DNA of 64,000 nt from Spizellomyces punctatus DAOM BR117 (lineage: Eukaryota): assembly GCA_000182565.2 (NCBI GenBank), contig KQ257456.1; one strand, written 5' to 3'. The translations under genes were made by a program, and so were the position numbers. Positions 48,464 to 59,266 of this stretch are shown in pieces; the stretch's first letter is position 1, and each line of letters starts with the position of its first letter. The notes below the pieces were generated by a model. It was not told where the DNA came from. It was given only the letters and a program-made list of their open reading frames with translations, and ran no database searches.

Positions 48464-50947
48464 ATGCCGCCCGCGCTTGACACCCACCTCGATGAGGACG
48501 AGCTCGCAGAAATTGACTTCTCCGACATTGAAGAGCGATACCGTGTTGATCTTCCCACCGGCTTCGACACGGTTGTCGTTGTCGACAATGTTCCGGTTGT
48601 CGGAGACGCCAAAAGGGAGAAGCTTCTTACCATGATCCGTAAAATGTTTTCGAATATGGGAGCGATCAAGGATTTGCATATGCCAACTGACCCGAAAACC
48701 GGGGAATCTAAAGGGTTTCTCTTCATTGATTTTGAGACACCTGAAGGAGCGGCAATGGCTGTAAGACACGGCAACGGTACACGGCTGGACAAGAGGCACG
48801 TCCTTGCCGTCAACCGGTTTGACGATATTGAGACGTACACGAGTGTAAGCGACGAATATCAAGAGCCCGAAGAGGAACCTTTTGTGGAGAAGGAGTACAT
48901 GAAGAGCTGGCTCGGGGATCCCCGTGCGCGTGATCAGTGGGTTATGATGAAGGGAGAAGACGTTAGCATTTACTGGAACAACAAAGGCGAGCAGCCTGAT
49001 TTGGTGCACAGCAGAAGCGTAAGTTCTTGTCTTTTGCGCTGTACAGCAGCGTGAACTGTTGGCTGATACGTATTCAATAAACAGAACTGGTCCGACATGT
49101 ACGTCTCTTGGTCGCCCAAAGGTACATACCTTGCAACCTTCCACAAGCAGGGTATCGTCTTGTGGGGAGGTCCAAGCTGGAGCAAAATCGTTCGATTTCC
49201 ACATACCAACGTCAAGCTCATCGACTTCAGCCCCAATGAAAAATACCTGACCACTTGGAGCCATGAGCCTTTTGTAACTCCTGAAGGAGAGCATCATGTA
49301 AGTGATAGATCGTCGTTTTGTTAGTATCTCCGTCAAATGATGATCACACAACACATGAGGAGTTGTATGAGCGCATACCAGCTCCTCGTTGCATGCGAGT
49401 AGAGCTATGTCGCGTGGATTATCAAAAAGAACAGAGATCTGATGACATACGCGGTTATTTCCTATCGCCATTTTCCAAATGAATTAAATCTTGATTCCTT
49501 CTAGCACATTGCGATTTGGGATATTGTTACCGGAAGAAAGCTGCGTACCTTCCCCCTTGAATCGTCAGCGTTAGGTCAACAAGACGGCAAACAGAACACA
49601 GTTAAAATTGACTGGCCTATGTTCAAATGGTCTCACGATGACAAGTACGTTGCCCGTATGTTACCGGACATGATCAGTGTATACGAGACTCCGGGAATGG
49701 GTTTGCTGGATAAGAAGAGCTTCAAGGTGCGCCTCAGGATTGCATTTTGCGATTAACTTCTTCTATAACTGACGTTCTATATGAACAACAGATCCCTGGT
49801 GTCAAGTCATTCGCTTGGTCACCCTCCGACCATATTTTGAGCTACTGGACCCCCGAAAGCGGTAATATCCCAGCGCGTGTCACTTTGACCCAGGTTCCTA
49901 GTCGCAACACCGTCCGAACCAAGAATTTATTCAATGTCATTGATGTAAGTATTTTGCCTTCGTTGGTCGGACCGACAGATTACTCATTGCTGAGTTCAGT
50001 GTAAATTGTACTGGCAATCGGCTGGAGACTACCTCCTCGTCAGAGTTGAACGAGTAAAAACAAAGAAGTCGACCATGACCAACTTTGAGGTGTTCCGCAT
50101 GCGTGAAAAGGATGTGCCTGTTGACGTGTCGGAGATTGACAGCAACATAGAAGTTACCAATATCTTCTGGGAGCCAGCAGGGCCGCGCTTTGCGGTACTA
50201 GCTCAGGAAGGACAAAAGATTCTATGCAACTTTTATCAAATGGTCACAGCCAAGGATACGACAGCGGGAAAGAAAGGAGGCCCATCAGCAACTGACCTTG
50301 CTCAAGGCGTGAAATTGCTCAAGTCGGTAGATGCAAAGGGCACAAATCAGGTGATATGGTCACCGAAAGGACGATTCTGCGTATTAGCGGGTGTTCGGGC
50401 TTTCCAAGGAGAACTTCAATTCTGGGATGTGGATGAGCTCATTTTGATGAACACTGGCGAACATTACATGTGCACAGACGTTGAATGGGACCCTACTGGA
50501 CGATACGTAACCACCTCTGTGTCCTGGTGGCGTGTTCAGAGTGATACTGGTTTTATCATGTGGACATTTACAGGTCAAGTTCTGGCCAAGCAGAGCGTCC
50601 CATTCTTCAAACAATTGTTGTGGCGCCCACGACCACCTATTCTCCTGAGTCCCGAAAAACAAAAGCAAATACGAAAGAATCTCAAAGAGTACAGCAAGCA
50701 ATTTGAGGAGGAGGATGCGGCTCAGACTAAAGCCGTCAGTCGGGAAGTGCTCGAAAAGCGGGTACGCCTTTGGAAGGAGTGGAACGAATATGTCGCTCGT
50801 GTGCGGGACGATTACGAACGTGCAAAGGATCTTCGAACCGATATCTGGGGCTTCGATCCTGAAGAGGTGGATGAAGGAGAAGTTGAGGGTGTTGAGGAAT
50901 GGGTGGAGGAGATCATTGAAGAAACGGAGGAAATCGTGGAAGACTAG
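48464..50947 (+). CDS. PRT1: Translation initiation factor eIF3 subunit b
   Basis: [12 protein letters not shown]...SKGFLFIDF...[53 protein letters not shown], acidic C-terminus. Confidence 0.96.
49332..49446 (+). ncRNA. Intronic box C/D snoRNA/scaRNA candidate
   Basis: Inside a 207-nt eIF3b intron (49298-49504): GTCA/TGAC terminal stem, C box ATGATGA (49337-49343), D box CTGA (49439-49442) and two internal hairpins. Confidence 0.75.
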
Positions 50948-51146
50948 AGGCGGCGGGATGCCCAAATTTTTTATGATCTTGCAGGCGTTTGGGATCATAC
51001 AAATATACGCATGATAGAGCACTGGCATGTCTATTCCAAAACCGCAGTGTTTGAGAAATTTCAATGTGATTCGACTCATTCCTAGCGTCCACTTGTATCT
51101 ATTTTGTATGTCAGGTAATGCCCTTTATACATGCAATCCCTTTTCT

Positions 51147-51953
51147 TTACAGATTTCCCTCCAGATCTCCCCATTTCTTCCTCTTCCTCCTATTATCCTT
51201 CGTCTTTGAAAATTCTCTCAGAATCTTTAATCCCATTGCACGCCCGCCTAGACCCCATCTAGCTGCAATCCAGTGTCGTTGTTCGATTTCAACAAATCCC
51301 GTGGATAGTATTATGTATGTCATCCGGTAGTGGCCTTTCCCGAGAACGATGGAGAGGACGTCTGGTAAGATGGCATAGGTGCAGGGTGCTGGATTTGTTA
51401 AAAGGGTCATGGCGGTTTCGAGGTGGTTTCGGAGTGCTGTGATGTACCACAGGAGGATTGTTATGGTTGTCTCAGGTGATGATCGGATGGTTGCTGGGGA
51501 GGGCGACTTTGACGTTGCCCATCCGATTCGGAGAAGAGTTACAGGAAGGTAGACGGGTGGTGATGGAATAGGTGATGGGGGATATTGGAGGGCCAAAGCA
51601 TCATGGCACCATATTGGGTTTCCTTTGTCTGGTTTTCCTTTTCGCACAATTTTGGAGGCGACGTAGCTAGCCAGGATCCGACAAGTCGTTTGGTCAAGCC
51701 AACATGCTGGCCACCTATTATGAAGAATCCCAATTTCCACCGTCCATAGTTCAACTTTTCCGAGTGTCTCGGGATGTGTTGCGATCCATTTTGCTTTGGT
51801 GTGAGGGGAACGGATCAAATGTGATATTCTTCGACTGGTTAACGCGAGATGTCCCAGGGTGATGGGATGTGAAATGTTTAGGATAATCTGTAGGAGGATT
51901 TCTGGTGGTAGGAATGGAAGGGATGGAGTAGATGACAAGTTATGGTGTCCCAT
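51147..51953 (-). CDS. F-box domain protein, intronless
   Basis: N-terminal LPFLPPEILLQIILNI...LGHLALTSRRISHLI. The rest is unrecognised. Confidence 0.65.
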   Translation of the reverse strand: MGHHNLSSTPSLPFLPPEILLQIILNISHPITLGHLALTSRRISHLIRSPHTKAKWIATHPETLGKVELWTVEIGILHNRWPACWLDQTTCRILASYVASKIVRKGKPDKGNPIWCHDALALQYPPSPIPSPPVYLPVTLLRIGWATSKSPSPATIRSSPETTITILLWYITALRNHLETAMTLLTNPAPCTYAILPDVLSIVLGKGHYRMTYIILSTGFVEIEQRHWIAARWGLGGRAMGLKILREFSKTKDNRRKRKKWGDLEGNL

Positions 51954-52851
51954 TTGCGACAGTTTTTTTGGGTCGATCGAGCTTTGCGATTGCCGACAAG
52001 GTAGTTCAGATTGGCTTACGTGACTGTCCGCTTCATGTCGGGCCTACCAGGACGCAGCTCTTGGTTTCTCTCCCGCGCGATTTCGTACCGTTGGTTGAGG
52101 CAGTGAACTGGGAACAAATATGGCTGGACGTCTATAGTACATGTAGCGACAGTTGACAACGGACAAATATTAATATACACGCGATCTGTATAGATGCCAG
52201 TGTGGGCACCGGGGCAACCTACTGCAGATAACGACAGGAAAGATGTAGCAGGAAGCGTAAGGCTGTCAAAACGCTTGTTGCCATGTATCGCACAAGGAGG
52301 GACCGCTGATGAAAACGTGTCAACCTTATTACAGTTGGGTCAAGCCATCAAACCACAAGGTTCTTGTTCTTCTGACAAACAACCATGGTTCGACATTTTC
52401 TCCAAGAATAAGGGATGTGTGATCGGTTAGCAGGCAGGTATTGTGCTCAGTGGCCTTTCAAGTATCCTTCTCCTCGGTTGAGTACCTGGAGCTTTATTTT
52501 CCACAATCCGCTGAATGTGACAGCTTGGGTTAATTCCTTTTACAATAGCATCTAGCGACTTCCATGGCAGTCCATGGCAGTCCGTGGTCAACGGCACAAC
52601 TGCAGTCAACCTACAAAGGATAGGTGACATACGCAAACCTGCCAGTGATGATTTTGTGGATAAGATGGGCTTGTTTTACGTAAAAACTTTGGTCTCTCAA
52701 AACTGAATAATCGCGTCATGGTTCATGTACAGAGAGGCCTGCGTAAAAACTACCTACAAGCTGATTCCCTTCGTCCATATTCACACAGAGCAGCGCAAAG
52801 AATTCTTGATACCACCAGAATCTCAGCTTTCAATCACTCCATACTCACGCC

Positions 52852-53247
52852 ATGGCTTCTCTAACATCGATCCGCCGCTTCACGACAACCTCTCTTGCCT
52901 TCAACAAAAATCCTTTAAAGCATCCCATCAAATCCGCTGCAGAAGCCGTGAAAAATGCAGCACAAGCCTTCAAAGAAGACGGTTCAATTGGAAAGCAGTT
53001 TACTACAGAGGGCGCGGTTGGCGGTACCGCCGAGAAAGTAGCAGAAACCACCGAACATCTGGCGAAAAAGGTTGAACAGAATCCTGATGAGGCCAAAGAG
53101 GAGGCAAAGCGAGCTGCCGAAAAGGCAAAGCATGAGACTAAACGCTCTGCTGAGGATACAGCGAACAAGGCGAGGAGGACCACCGAGGAACTGCGGGAGA
53201 AAGCCAAAGATGCTATTGCGACAGATCCCGGCTTCAGGAGGGTTTAG
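52852..53247 (+). CDS. LEA-like hydrophilic protein with putative mitochondrial presequence
   Basis: gccATGG start; acid-free MASLTSIRRFTTTSLAF; GSIGKQFTTEGAVGG motif; Ala/Lys/Glu repeats of about 11 residues. Confidence 0.7.
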   Translation: MASLTSIRRFTTTSLAFNKNPLKHPIKSAAEAVKNAAQAFKEDGSIGKQFTTEGAVGGTAEKVAETTEHLAKKVEQNPDEAKEEAKRAAEKAKHETKRSAEDTANKARRTTEELREKAKDAIATDPGFRRV

Positions 53248-53593
53248 GGAGACAACATTTTGTGAGATTATACTGCATACATTGCAATTCCCAATCTGTA
53301 CATGGCTTTCTGAATACTTGAGGTCATTCTGCTTGTATTGCTTGATGTCGATTCCTTTGAACTCTTTCCGACTGTTATGTAATATACTCAGTATGGCGCA
53401 GTCATGGTGTAATTTATCCCCAAACGGTCGATCTCCCTCCTTCGTGTTTCTCCGCTCTTTCGTGTTCGTTTGAGGCTTTTTGTCCGCCAGTGCAGCATGA
53501 CGCATTAACATCAACAACCTTATTTCAAGCAGACCGCTGTCGCCTTTCATTGAGTTCACCCCACCAGACGTCCTCTGTATATTCATTGCTATT

Positions 53594-54556
53594 ATGGGCC
53601 CCGCTGGAGAGACTCTGCTCACCGTCCTCATTCTGGACTATGCCATTCAGCTCGCCTTTTACCTGATATCCGCCCCGCTAAAGACAGAAAAGCTGTACGA
53701 TGCGTCTGGAGCATTGACTTTCTTTGCATGCACGCTCACTGCACTGCTCTGGCGACGAGATGGGCAGAGTCTGGACGATTTGTCGGCTAGGCAGATCTTG
53801 GTTGCGGTGCTGGTGATCGTGTGGTGCCTGCGACTAGGAACCTTTCTGGCGATTCGGTGCGTACAGAATTACTCTATATAGTCAGAACTATGTTTATGCT
53901 AAGTTCATTTTTCACGTTAGAGTGTCAAAAACAGAGGACAAGCGGTTCGAAAAATTCAAACATAACCCGATCAAATTCTCAGTCGTGTGGTTCATGCAGG
54001 CATTTTGGGTGTTCATGACCGCCTTTCCAGTTTACATTGTTCTGGGAAACCCTAGCAAAAGCCAACGATCCTTTGGTGCCTCTGATATTATTGGCCTTAT
54101 AATTTGGGTGTACGGATTCGTCGTTGAAGTCGTGGCGGATTCCCAAAAGTTTCGATTCAAGAACCGCCACCCCAGAGACTTTGTTAGTACTGGCATATGG
54201 CGCTACTCTCGCTATGCCAACTACAATGGTGAGATCTTCCTCTGGATCGGAATGTTTATCCTCTGTGCACGAGGATTTGAAGAAGGGTGGCAGTGGGTCT
54301 CGATCATATCCCCGATTTTCGTGGCCTGCTTGATTATCTTTGTCAGTGGGGTAAAACTGTCCGAGCAAGCGGCGGCGGAAAAGTACGGTGATCGCGAAGG
54401 TATGTGAGACGTGGTTGATAGCACTTGAATATTTAACCAAGAACTCATCCAATGTCTATAGACTATCAATTGTATAGGGCGCAAACGAGTAAATTCTTTT
54501 TGTGGCCACCAAAGAACATTAAGTCGAAGGTAACAGACCAACAGGCAGCTGTTTAG
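53594..54556 (+). CDS. DUF1295 / steroid 5-alpha-reductase-like membrane protein
   Basis: TEKLYDASG, WCLRLGTFL, EDKRF, QAFWV, EVVADSQKF, TGIWRYSRYANYNGEIFLW, VSGV. Two introns. Confidence 0.88.
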
Positions 54557-57038
54557 CCATGTACTTAGATCCTGATACGGTTGTTATGCTATAGTCCACG
54601 TAGGCCAATAGTGTCGATAAGAGAATAATGATCTTACATACTAGTAAAACTACTGCGTTTGTTCATGTCTCATACATAAGCTCCCCCATGGCTTGAATTC
54701 GCTGTGAATTATGCCGATCATGAGCTGGTTCATGAGATCGGGAGCATATCACGTGATTGTAGCTGCGCCACACCTTTTATTTCTTTTTAAACGAGCCCAT
54801 CTTCGATCGTAGCTCACTTGTCGTCTTTACCTCCTAGCGGAACTGGTTGGATACAAGAGCATCCATGCTTTCCATGTCGCCCGATCCAGATCCTTTCTAG
54901 GCGGATATGACGATACTGGAGATAGTATGTGACTCCTGCTTTTGTGTGGATCTCGCCATCTGCTGGGCACACTTTGCGCTTGAGACCATTGGGTAAGTCC
55001 ACACATCTGTTTTCTGCCCTGTGCTACCATTTCCATGAGGAAAAGATGACCTATACGATCGGAAAGCCCCATGTCGATATTAGTCATTAGAAAAGTTTCA
55101 GCCTTGTCTGAGAAATCGTAGCCTAGAGCTTGAATGTTTGCATATGAGTATCAGTCGGCTAACGTGTTTGTTTTGTGTACGTTAGAGCGTTGAAAAGGTG
55201 ATACCTTTCAGCGAAGCGATACTGGTGAGTTGATATTTTTTGTATGGGAGGAATTGGGGAATGATGAAGTCATATAGACGGGCGGACGGAAAGGTGTCTT
55301 ACAAGCACCATTTATCATGTCGAATGTCTATTTGCTGACCCTTGCGTATTGGGCGAATTGTCGACTCTCTTTGTTATGAGATACTAATAAGGTCATTCTT
55401 CTCGCTCAAAGGTTGACACCTAGATATCACTCGCCGACTGGTGCCTCCGAGATGTCTTGCCATAGCTTACGGTAAGTGTCTCAAATGTCAAAACTGATGG
55501 ATGTTGGGTTGGGCGCTTTGAAATGATTAGTGCGTTTACGTCTGCAAAGCCAGACCAAATCATGGTGAATAAAAAACGTTCGGTTCATCAATGATCAAAG
55601 CGAATGGTTTCGGATTGTTTTATAAAACTTTCACTCTGCCTTGTAACTAATGGTTTCTTGTCTTTCTTTCTTTGAAGCAGGTACGTGGTCAACATTTTGT
55701 TGTGATAGTATTAGCTATTAGAGTTTGCAGACACAAATGTTTACAATAAAATGGACGAGCTATCACCTGATAAAGCGGACTTGTGTGTGTTTCATCATCT
55801 TTTCCCTTGCAGCCCTGTTGGTAGATGCTCGAACCACGACGCTTCCGTCTTGGTGTACAGCAAAGGAGGCAATACGTTGGTGACAATTCATGGCATAGCT
55901 TTGACATTGCAGAGTTACTTGCTGATACCTGAGCGGCGCCATATGGATGTCTTGGAATTCATTGCATCAAGGGTTCGTTCATGCCCAATCAACTGTAGGT
56001 AAAATCTCTTTTGGATTGTGTGATGTAGCGCTGATTGAATGCAACTTCCCCACCAAGAACCCCTGGACACACGGTTTTTTTTTTTTTTTTTTCAAAGCTT
56101 GAGGACCGTTCTGTAGGGATCTTTTAGCGTTATGAAAAGGAATGACTGTCTGGTAACTCTTGGCTCCGATGGAGACATGGAGGGGAGGCTCACCGCTCTT
56201 GTGACTGATCGTTCCTTTGCCTTGCAACTTTATATAAAGATGCATTTGCAAAAGACTTACACCATCGCTAGTCTTGACCGGTTCCGTTGATTTCGCCTGA
56301 CCAAATTCCAGGTAAATTGTTGTTGGATTCTTATTCCCGTCGTGGTAAATGCGACTGAAAAGCCCACTTTCGAATTGGAGCCGCTTTTTGTGGAATGCCA
56401 CAAGTTACTCAAATCATTTTTCTTCTCCTGTCTCTCCCCCCAAAAGCAAACAGCCCAAAAGCACAGCCAAAAGACAAAAAATCAACATTTGCTCACCTGA
56501 TGGAGAAATCACTCTTCACCCCACCTTGCCTAATGCAGATTATGTTCACAAAATAAACGGGCGAAATAGTCATTTCTTAAAGGTCCCACAAAGTTTTGAT
56601 GGAACACACAATTGTCCAAAGGTGTGAGATCTTCATCATCTTGCAAAACGCGTTGAACCGCTAGACTTGTTTTTTTTTTTTTCCTTCTGTGCGTTTCTGG
56701 CACACTTCCGCTTCCAAAGGGATTTTGAAGAAGAAAAAATAAAGTGAACAGAAGGGGGACAAACGGTGCCGCAAAAGGGAAACTCACCACAAAAGAGAAA
56801 TATATGACTTGTTAAGAAAAAAAAAAACCATAAGTAACATTACTCCCAATGGTTTTGTTTGAGTTGCAAGCTGTGCAATTGTTTCACTAGTTGAGAGACT
56901 GGACCATTTTTCTTTTTATTCCTCTGAACCTCATCATTTCCCCCACGAAACTCTACATTCTGGAGGGCTTTTAGTGTGCTTTTTAAGTTTTCTTTATGGA
57001 CGTTTGTCGTCTACGATAGCCCCTCATCTCCACCAGCT

Positions 57039-58900
57039 ATGGCTCAAAGCAACAGCACCGCAGCCTTTCGGTGCCCATATCCTTTTACAACCTTTGTGGG
57101 ATCAACAGCGAACCCAGGCTGCTTTGATTTGCCGGGAGGGAAATGTTGCTTGGTATGTATGGTTTGCCATAATGTAGCTGTTTGGAATCAGAGGATATGT
57201 TTTTGCTAAAGTTGTCCTGATATTTGTAGCCATGCCCGAAAGCGGACTACTTTTATCCTCCTGGGTAAGCTCGCTTAGAAAAAAGGAGCACACTGGACTC
57301 GAGGCTCACATGAAAACTTTGTTACAGGCAACAGGATTCGATCATGACAATGTACCAAGTCTTTTTCGCCATCTCGTTCGCCTGTGCCCTCTTCATCTGC
57401 ACTACCTACATCCTCCTGCCGGGACGAAGACGGTATCAAGGATTTCTCATCCTAATCAACAACATTGGATTGGCTCTGTATACGGGCTCATCTCTCATAG
57501 CTCTACCCAATCCCAAAAAGACCGTCCAGTGTGCAGCCGACGGACTGACAGATGCCAATTGGGATAACAACACCAGGTGTGCTGTGCAGGGAACAATGTT
57601 TGTCTTGGGGACGCACATGTGTCTATGGGCTGCTCTGGCCATTATGATCAACCTTCATGTGGTAAGTTGAATGCGCGCGATCATTGGTGTATGATCAACG
57701 AACATGTTGGCTCACCCTACCGCCAGAATGTCGTCTGGCGAAGTAAAATTCTGGAACGCTATTCAATCCTCGTTTATTCTACCATCATCTTGATTTCCGT
57801 CGGCCTTGCTGTCATTCCTGTCATTCAACGAGACATTGAAGCTCAACCTGGATTCCTCTGTGCAGTTTCAGCCGATGTGGTCAATCAGATATTTTTCTAT
57901 CCACAAAGCGTTGCAGTTGGTGGTATACTACTACTCCACATTGCCACTGGCTGCTGGATGTTTGCTGTCAGTCGGCGAGTGTCGGATGGAAAGAAAAACT
58001 GGAAAAAGTGGGTGAGAAAGCAGATTCGAATGCAGTGGCGACCGGCAGCGTTTACTGCACTGTCTCAGGCGGCGTGGTTCGCATTTTTCGTAAGTTTTGC
58101 TTGCTTTTTTTTTCGCGCAGCTTTTGATCGTTTGTTCCTAACGGAGACTGTTTAACAATCACTAGATCGTCTACCGCACCAACTATGACAAGATCAAAAA
58201 TCATGTCACGAGTGAAACTCCCTGGATTCGGGCATGGGTGTTCTGTATCCTACAAGTGAACTCAACGGAGGGACCGGCAAAGTGCCAAAGCATTGCAGCA
58301 CCTTACGTTCCAGGCTTGGGCGGAGCGGCCTTTGGAGTTAGCATTGGTATCCTCATTGGAGTATTCAATTCACTCGTTCTTATATCTCCTCAAATTATGC
58401 GGGAGTGGAGGGAATATCTGGGATTCGCGAGACCTATGTCACGGGCCACATCGTTGTCCAGTGGTACCGATTTTGAAATGTCTGTCAGCGATGGAAAAGA
58501 CGGAGCAAAGTCCGGATCAACCTACCCAGTAACTCGCCAACCAAGCCAAACAGCTCCTATCGAGGAGGCCGGAAAGCGCACGCGGACAAGCTCAGAAGCC
58601 TCGTTCAATCTATCTAGTACCGTAGAATCACGCTCCCCATCCCCACCCGCTACTCCCACATCCACGACCCCAATCATCAGTAGCAAACGCACACGTCCCG
58701 GCGTAGAATTCGCCGATACACATCTGAACCTCCCATCGTCACGACCCATTTTGCGTTTAGATCCCATAGCTCCCCCACGAGGTGCACCGTCGATACTAAC
58801 GGATAGATTGCAGTATCCAGCACCTGTCGATATAGATACCCGTGTATCTGGGGATAGCACTGGACCCGGTGGGCGATATACCAAACCTGACGGATGGTGA
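57039..58900 (+). CDS. 7TM receptor, fungal family-2/Frizzled-Smoothened-like GPCR
   Basis: Spliced N-terminus CPYPF...CCL|PCPKADYFYP, followed by about 7 hydrophobic segments, RCAVQG (TM3 Cys), GFLC (ECL2), WVFCIL...KC and a Ser/Pro-rich tail. Confidence 0.75.
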
Positions 58901-59266
58901 TAATTGATAGAGCGTCTTGTGTAAATTTTGAAAGCTTGAATGGACCTGTAGAATAGAGAGGGAGGGAGGAAGTCGAGCAACAGACTACCATGTCAGGTTG
59001 CGGGCGACTTGATGTTTGTTTATCGTTTCTTGTTTTGCTGTAGTTGGTAATTAGACGTCGTCGACAGTTTTATGCACATTACTTGTTTACCAATAATAGT
59101 GTGTGACTGCATGTCCAGTAGGATTGTCCTCCTCAGGCGTGTTGTCTATTCTGGATTTAGATATAGAATACATGAACACAAATAAGAAAAACTATACAGT
59201 AAATTCAAGTAGCATAACACCAAAAAATGGAAACGATTGTTCAGTTATGCTCTCCTATCCTAAGTC

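Noticed and set aside
48458-49471. 337-aa minus-strand ORF, and similar long antisense ORFs at 5456-6190, 31177-31803, 50384-51079 and 52984-53631
   Set aside because: Antisense shadows of well-supported genes, with no recognisable motifs.
54600-56900. Short ORFs between DUF1295 and the GPCR
   Set aside because: No consistent gene model or recognisable family motifs.
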